64,000 bases of DNA from Elusimicrobiota bacterium (GTDB taxonomy: Bacteria > Elusimicrobiota > Elusimicrobia > FEN-1173): positions 37,269 through 101,268 of the forward strand of contig JADJZR010000004.1 in assembly GCA_016715645.1 (NCBI GenBank), written 5' to 3'. Below the pieces are notes generated by a model. The model was not told where the DNA came from. It saw only the letters and a program-made list of their open reading frames with translations, and did not search any database. Made by a program: the position numbers and the translations under genes. Below are positions 59,190-64,000 of this stretch, in pieces; positions within the stretch are counted from its first letter, which is position 1, and every line of letters begins with the position of its first letter.

Positions 59190-59783
59190 ATGCGTTGCCC
59201 TACCTGCGATCACCCGGATGACCGTGTTCTCGACAGCCGACCCTTGGAAACAGCGTCGGTGATTCGTCGTCGCCGCGTTTGCCTGGGATGCGGCAAACGG
59301 TTCACCACGTACGAGCGGGTGGAATCAACGCCTTTGATGGTGGTCAAACGGGACAACCGGCGGGAACCGTTCAACCGGGACAAGATGCGCGAGGGTGTTC
59401 AGCGGGCCTGCCAAAAGCGTCCCATTTCGCCGGCCATGATCGAAAAGTTGGTGGCCGAGGTGGAATACAGTTTGCAGGATTTTGTGTTGGAAGTGCCTTC
59501 CGTGGAAATTGGCCAGCGTTTGTTGAAACGTCTTTATGATCTGGACGCGGTGGCGTATGTGCGGTTCGCGTCAGTTTATCGGTCGTTCGGTAACGTGGAC
59601 GACTTTATGTCGGAGTTGAACCACTTGAAAAAAGATTATGAAAAACGCGCGCGGTTAAAAGCGACGTTGGGCGCCGCCAAAGAGGCGAGCCTGCCCCGGG
59701 ATCCGGCGGATCCCCGATTCGCATCCGATCGCCCCGTCGAGTCGTCCCCGGTTTCCGGGGCGGACCGACTGGTCAAAGTTTGA
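59190..59783 (+). CDS. nrdR: transcriptional repressor NrdR, with a ~45 aa C-terminal extension
   Basis: N-terminal zinc ribbon MRCPTCDHPDDRVLDSR...CLGCGKRFTTYER followed by an ATP-cone domain. Confidence 0.85.
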   Translation: MRCPTCDHPDDRVLDSRPLETASVIRRRRVCLGCGKRFTTYERVESTPLMVVKRDNRREPFNRDKMREGVQRACQKRPISPAMIEKLVAEVEYSLQDFVLEVPSVEIGQRLLKRLYDLDAVAYVRFASVYRSFGNVDDFMSELNHLKKDYEKRARLKATLGAAKEASLPRDPADPRFASDRPVESSPVSGADRLVKV

Positions 59784-59790
59784 TTCTTCT

Positions 59791-62403
59791 ATGAATGAGA
59801 GAGGTCAGCCCATGAATCCCGTCCACACCCCAATCCGCACCAACGGCGCCCAGGCGCCGGAGTCCGTTCCCCCCCTTGCCGTGGGGAGCCCTCGTCCCAC
59901 ATCGGCCCGTCCGCCGGTTCGCCTGAGCGAAAACCAGCGAAAAGTGATTGCCGACAAATACTTACGCAACGATCCGTCCCCCGAAGTGTGGCTGGACCGG
60001 GTGGCCGCGAACATTGCGTTGGCCGAGCTATTGCACGCGCCGGAATCCGACGGTTGGCATTTATGGGACGGGGTTAAACGGCGGGTGATCGATGTGGCCA
60101 CGCGCAAAACCCACAAGTCGCGCATGAATTTGTTGCACCATGGGATTATCCAATCGGATGAACGGGACAAAAATTTCGCCGTGTTTTTGGGCAACCTGCG
60201 CCGGGCCGTTGCCGAGGTCCCGGAAGCCCGGGTTCTCATGGAAGAGTGGCGCGACCGTTTTTACGGGATGATGGCGCGGTTCGACTTTTTGCCCAATTCC
60301 CCGACGCTCATGAACGCGGGTCGGGAACTTCAGCAGTTGTCGGCCTGTTACGTGTTGCCGGTGCCGGATTCCATGGAAGGCATCGCCGACGCGCTCAAAG
60401 CCCAGGCGCTGATTCACAAGTCCGGCGGGGGCACGGGGTTTTCGTTCCAGCGGGTTCGGCCGTCAGGCGACAGCGTGAAATCCACCAAAGGCACGGCGTC
60501 CGGGGCCATCAGCTTTATGCAAATTTTCGACAAGATGACTGACGTGGTCAAACAGGGCGGAACCCGGCGGGGCGCCAACATGGGCATTTTGCCCTACTGG
60601 CATCCGGAAATTGAAGATTTCATCAACATGAAAACGAAACCCGGCGTCATGGAAAACTTCAATGTGTCCGTGACGGTCGACGGTAAATTCATGGAAGCGG
60701 CTCAAAAGGGCGAGGAATACGATTTGCTCAATCCCCGCACTCTTCAGCCCACCGGTAAGCGGGTGAACGCCCGGGACGTGTTCGAGAAAATGGTGGACGG
60801 CGCCTGGAAATCGGGCGATCCCGGCATTATTTTCATCGACCGCATCAACAACAGCCCTTCCAACCCCACGCCCCACCTGGGCCAAATCGAAAGCACGAAT
60901 CCCTGCGGCGAGCAGCCGTTGCTTCCCAACGAGCCGTGCAACCTAGGGTCCATCAACCTCGCTAACTTTGTCGAAGGGGAAGTGGGCCATGGAAAAATGA
61001 ATTGGGACCGGCTCGGCAAAACAGTGGCTTTGGCGGTGCGGTTTCTGGACGACGTCATCGAGGTCAACAACTATCCTCTCTCGCAAATCGAAGAGTTGTC
61101 CAAGGGGAACCGTCGGATCGGTTTGGGCGTGATGGGCTGGGCGGAAGCTCTGGTGAAAATGGGCGTCCCGTATGATTCCGACGAATCATTGAAAGCCGCC
61201 GGCGAGGTCATGGGGTTCGTGAACACGAAAGCCATGGAAGCCTCCGAGCTGTTGGCGGAAGAACGGGGGGTGTTCCCGAACTGGAAAGGCTCTATTTTCG
61301 ATAAGGACAGCCCCCATTTCCGAGGGGAAGAGCATCTGCCGCGCCATTGCGCCCGCACGACGATCGCGCCCACGGGAACGATCGGTTTAGCGGCGGGACT
61401 GCAGGGGGCGGGCATCGAGCCGTTCTTTGCGATCACCTACACCCGCTACAACGCAAAAGCGTTGGCCGCCCTGAAAAAAGGCGAGAAACCCGCCGACGGC
61501 GACGTGTTTTACGAGGTCAACCCGTTGTTTCGTGAAGTGGCGCGCCGCAACAATTATTTCGGTTTATCCGAAACGGACCTGTGGAAAAAAGTGGAGGCCA
61601 ACCACAAGTCGGTGCGGGGGATCAAAGAAATACCCGAGGCGGTGCAGAAATTGTTCGCCACCAGCCACGACGTGCCGGTGCCGTTTCACGTTCAAATCCA
61701 GGCGGCGTTTCAAACGCACACGGACAACGCGGTGTCCAAAACCATCAACATGCCCCACACCGCCACCCGCGAGGACGTCAAAAACGCCTACCGCCAGTCC
61801 TACGAAATGGGGTGCAAAGGCATTACCATTTACCGGGACGGCTCCAAGAGCCAGCAGGTGTTGAACCTGGGCGCCGCGGGCGCGCCGGCCGAAAAACCCA
61901 AAACCCGGGACGCGTCCCGGGGAATGTCGTCGGAGTATTACGAGATCCGCACGGGCCACGGCGGCTTGCACGTTCACATTGATTACGACGAAACGGGTCC
62001 GTATCGGTTGTTCACCAGCCTGTCGCCGCTGGGGACGGACATTTCGGGGCTCACGTCGGTGGTGGGCATCATGATTTCCAAGTATTTGGAAGCGGGCGGG
62101 GATCCCAAACGGATTCTGAAACATCTCAATTCCGTCAAAGGCGACCGGCCGTTCGGGTTCGGGGCCCAACGGGTGGACTCGATTCCCCACGCCATCGCCA
62201 TTGCCCTTCGCACCCATCTTCAAAAGCACGGAAAAATGGACGCCCCCGCTCCCGCCGCGTCGGACACCAAAAGCGGCGGTTTGGAATTGTGGGACCGATC
62301 GTCGGCCCTTTATTGCCCGGACTGTTTCTCGGCCAACGTGGCCCAGCAGAGCGGATGCACCGGCGTGACGTGCTTCGACTGCGGCCATTCGGAGTGTTCC
62401 TGA
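59791..62403 (+). CDS. nrdJ: class II (adenosylcobalamin-dependent) ribonucleotide reductase
   Basis: Active-site [12 protein letters not shown], a ..SKTINMPH.. block and a C-terminal Cys4 ribbon (CPDCFS...CFDCGHSEC). A second possible start at 59812 has a better RBS. Confidence 0.85.
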   Translation: MNERGQPMNPVHTPIRTNGAQAPESVPPLAVGSPRPTSARPPVRLSENQRKVIADKYLRNDPSPEVWLDRVAANIALAELLHAPESDGWHLWDGVKRRVIDVATRKTHKSRMNLLHHGIIQSDERDKNFAVFLGNLRRAVAEVPEARVLMEEWRDRFYGMMARFDFLPNSPTLMNAGRELQQLSACYVLPVPDSMEGIADALKAQALIHKSGGGTGFSFQRVRPSGDSVKSTKGTASGAISFMQIFDKMTDVVKQGGTRRGANMGILPYWHPEIEDFINMKTKPGVMENFNVSVTVDGKFMEAAQKGEEYDLLNPRTLQPTGKRVNARDVFEKMVDGAWKSGDPGIIFIDRINNSPSNPTPHLGQIESTNPCGEQPLLPNEPCNLGSINLANFVEGEVGHGKMNWDRLGKTVALAVRFLDDVIEVNNYPLSQIEELSKGNRRIGLGVMGWAEALVKMGVPYDSDESLKAAGEVMGFVNTKAMEASELLAEERGVFPNWKGSIFDKDSPHFRGEEHLPRHCARTTIAPTGTIGLAAGLQGAGIEPFFAITYTRYNAKALAALKKGEKPADGDVFYEVNPLFREVARRNNYFGLSETDLWKKVEANHKSVRGIKEIPEAVQKLFATSHDVPVPFHVQIQAAFQTHTDNAVSKTINMPHTATREDVKNAYRQSYEMGCKGITIYRDGSKSQQVLNLGAAGAPAEKPKTRDASRGMSSEYYEIRTGHGGLHVHIDYDETGPYRLFTSLSPLGTDISGLTSVVGIMISKYLEAGGDPKRILKHLNSVKGDRPFGFGAQRVDSIPHAIAIALRTHLQKHGKMDAPAPAASDTKSGGLELWDRSSALYCPDCFSANVAQQSGCTGVTCFDCGHSECS

Positions 62404-62960
62404 TGGCGGTCAAGTCCGACCGTTGGATCCGGCGCATGGCGCGGGAGCGCGGCCTGATTGAGCCGTTCGTGGAAGCCCAAAAACGCGAGGGCGTGATTTC
62501 CTTCGGGCTCTCCAGCTATGGGTATGACATGCGCGTGGGAACGCGGTTTAAAGTGTCTCGGCCCGGGGGATCGGGTGTGATGGACCCCAAACAACCGGCC
62601 GCGGGGGTGTTTGAAGACGTCCACACGGACACGTTCCTGGAGATTCCGCCTCACGCCATCGCCTTGGGCCAGTCGGTGGAATATTTTCGCATTCCACGCA
62701 ACGTGGTCACGGCGGCGTTCGGAAAAAGCACCTATGCCCGTTGCGGGTTGGTGGTCAACATCACGCCCTTTGAACCGGAATGGGAGGGGTTCGTGACGTT
62801 GGAAATGTCAAACACCACGCCGTTTCCGCTCCGGGTGTATGCCAACGAGGGGATCGCCCAGATCTTGTTTTTCGAATCCGACGAGGTGTGCGAGGTCTCG
62901 TACGCCGATCGGAAAGGGAAATATCAGGGCCAGACGGCGATCACCCTCGGGAAAATATGA
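62403..62960 (+). CDS. dcd: dCTP deaminase
   Basis: dUTPase-fold dCTP deaminase motifs (..[10 protein letters not shown].., ..[20 protein letters not shown]..). ATG overlaps the nrdJ stop. Confidence 0.85.
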   Translation: MAVKSDRWIRRMARERGLIEPFVEAQKREGVISFGLSSYGYDMRVGTRFKVSRPGGSGVMDPKQPAAGVFEDVHTDTFLEIPPHAIALGQSVEYFRIPRNVVTAAFGKSTYARCGLVVNITPFEPEWEGFVTLEMSNTTPFPLRVYANEGIAQILFFESDEVCEVSYADRKGKYQGQTAITLGKI

Positions 62961-64000
62961 CACCGATCGAGATCATCGAAAAACATCCCGGGGCTTTGGC
63001 CGACATTGCCGACCTGGAAGACAAGGGGCACCGCATTGTGGATGTGTTGGGCGGAGACGTGGTGCCCACCGACGCCACCCGGGATTTTGTGTCGGCGCTT
63101 CGCGACGAACGTCGGGAGAGTTTTTACAGTGAAGTGTTGCATTACCTCACGTCCGAGAGATATCCGGAAGCCCAGGCCCAGGTTTTATGGAAAGAAATCT
63201 TGGACCATAAATTTTTAATGAGCGAGCGGCTGGGTCGAAACGTGGGGATTCGCGTGTCGGCTTTTGACTATTTGCTCAACGTGCGCAAACTGCTGATTGC
63301 CCCGCGGATTATCAATTCCCATGACTTTCGTCGGACAGTTCGGTTATCGCGGACGGACGCGTTGACAGGCCTTTACAACCGGCGCTACTTTTTGGAACAT
63401 ACCGCCAAAGTGTTGGAAGCGGCAGAGCATGTGAAAGCCCCGGTGTCTCTCCTGATGGCGGACCTGGACAACTTCAAACCGTTCAATGACGATCACGGCC
63501 ACCAAGCGGGGGATTTGTTGATTCAGGAAATCGCCCGGCTGATTCGCGGGTGCGTTCGCGCGTCGGATATGGTGACGCGCTACGGCGGCGATGAATTCGC
63601 TTTGCTTCTTCCCAAGGCCACCAAGGCCGAAGCCGAGGGCGTGGCTGAAAAAATTTGCCGGCAAATTGAAGAAAATTGCCAATCGGTGGGTGTCACCATC
63701 AGCCTGGGTTTGGCCCAGTTCCCGGTGGACGCCACGTCCCGGGAAGATTTGATTGCCGCGGCCGACGAACTGCTTTATCGGGCCAAAGAGTTTGGCGGCA
63801 ACCAAGTGTCGTTGTATCGACCGATCCGGTTCCACTACACGGACAAGGACGGACAGGTCACACAGGTGTCGGTGGTCGGAGACTTTAACAATTGGTCCGG
63901 CCGATCTCACGGATTGGTGCGGCAGTCTTCGGGAAAAGACTGGGAAACCACCCTGCCGCTGAAAGCGGGGCGTTACCGGTATAAGTTTTTGCTCAACCAA
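62957..64000 (+). CDS. GGDEF diguanylate cyclase fused to a C-terminal CBM48/AMPK-beta-like glycogen-binding domain (3' end outside window; own translation, absent from ORF track)
   Basis: ATG at 62957 overlaps the dcd stop (ATGA). N-terminal ~130 aa of unknown type, then a GGDEF domain ([14 protein letters not shown]...[12 protein letters not shown]...[12 protein letters not shown]), then [46 protein letters not shown], matching the glycogen-binding E-set pattern VxVxGxFNxW...W...L.pGxYxYKFxVDG. Confidence 0.75.
   Translation, partial: MTPIEIIEKHPGALADIADLEDKGHRIVDVLGGDVVPTDATRDFVSALRDERRESFYSEVLHYLTSERYPEAQAQVLWKEILDHKFLMSERLGRNVGIRVSAFDYLLNVRKLLIAPRIINSHDFRRTVRLSRTDALTGLYNRRYFLEHTAKVLEAAEHVKAPVSLLMADLDNFKPFNDDHGHQAGDLLIQEIARLIRGCVRASDMVTRYGGDEFALLLPKATKAEAEGVAEKICRQIEENCQSVGVTISLGLAQFPVDATSREDLIAAADELLYRAKEFGGNQVSLYRPIRFHYTDKDGQVTQVSVVGDFNNWSGRSHGLVRQSSGKDWETTLPLKAGRYRYKFLLNQ

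Noticed and set aside
1-64000. Search for CRISPR arrays, rRNA and tRNA genes.
   Set aside because: No regularly spaced direct repeats with unique spacers. Intergenic regions are short and none shows tRNA cloverleaf features with conserved T-loop or anticodon context. The only cloverleaf-like structure (36301-36404) lacks tRNA conserved positions and fixed arm lengths.

Overview
This 64-kb window is a high-GC (~63%) bacterial chromosomal segment almost fully tiled by recognisable housekeeping and transport genes on both strands. Main recognisable content: cysH-cysQ, priA, a family-4 UDG, coaBC, gmk-rpoZ, a GldAFG-like ABC-2 system, mutY, two complete pstSCAB-phoU operons, glgP, metH, nifS-iscU-mnmA, tyrS, an ECF sigma/anti-sigma pair, gpmA, aspA, greA, an AsmA-like gene with a second ABC-2 transporter, ppx/ppk1 and nrdR-nrdJ-dcd. 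The first pst operon carries tandem pstB copies. The second is contiguous with a putative porin and a convergent ppx/ppk1 pair, so phosphate and polyphosphate genes are concentrated here. Noteworthy items are: (i) a GGDEF diguanylate cyclase fused to a C-terminal CBM48/glycogen-binding-like domain at the window end; (ii) a compact IS-like element with 24-bp terminal inverted repeats encoding an extended HuH-Y1 (RAYT/IS200-like) transposase with a C-terminal HTH-like tail, flanked by GTCCCCC hairpins; (iii) a 104-nt cloverleaf-like nested palindrome between convergent genes; (iv) periodic direct repeats that could be response-regulator (Pho-type) operators; (v) several low-GC islets, including a methyltransferase plus GT-C glycosyltransferase cassette and a hemerythrin; (vi) a striking number of single-base frameshifts, mostly in homopolymers, plus two in-frame TAA codons inside otherwise conserved genes. 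The last pattern most likely reflects consensus errors but could be genome decay or phase variation and should be checked against reads. No CRISPR arrays, rRNA or tRNA genes were found.
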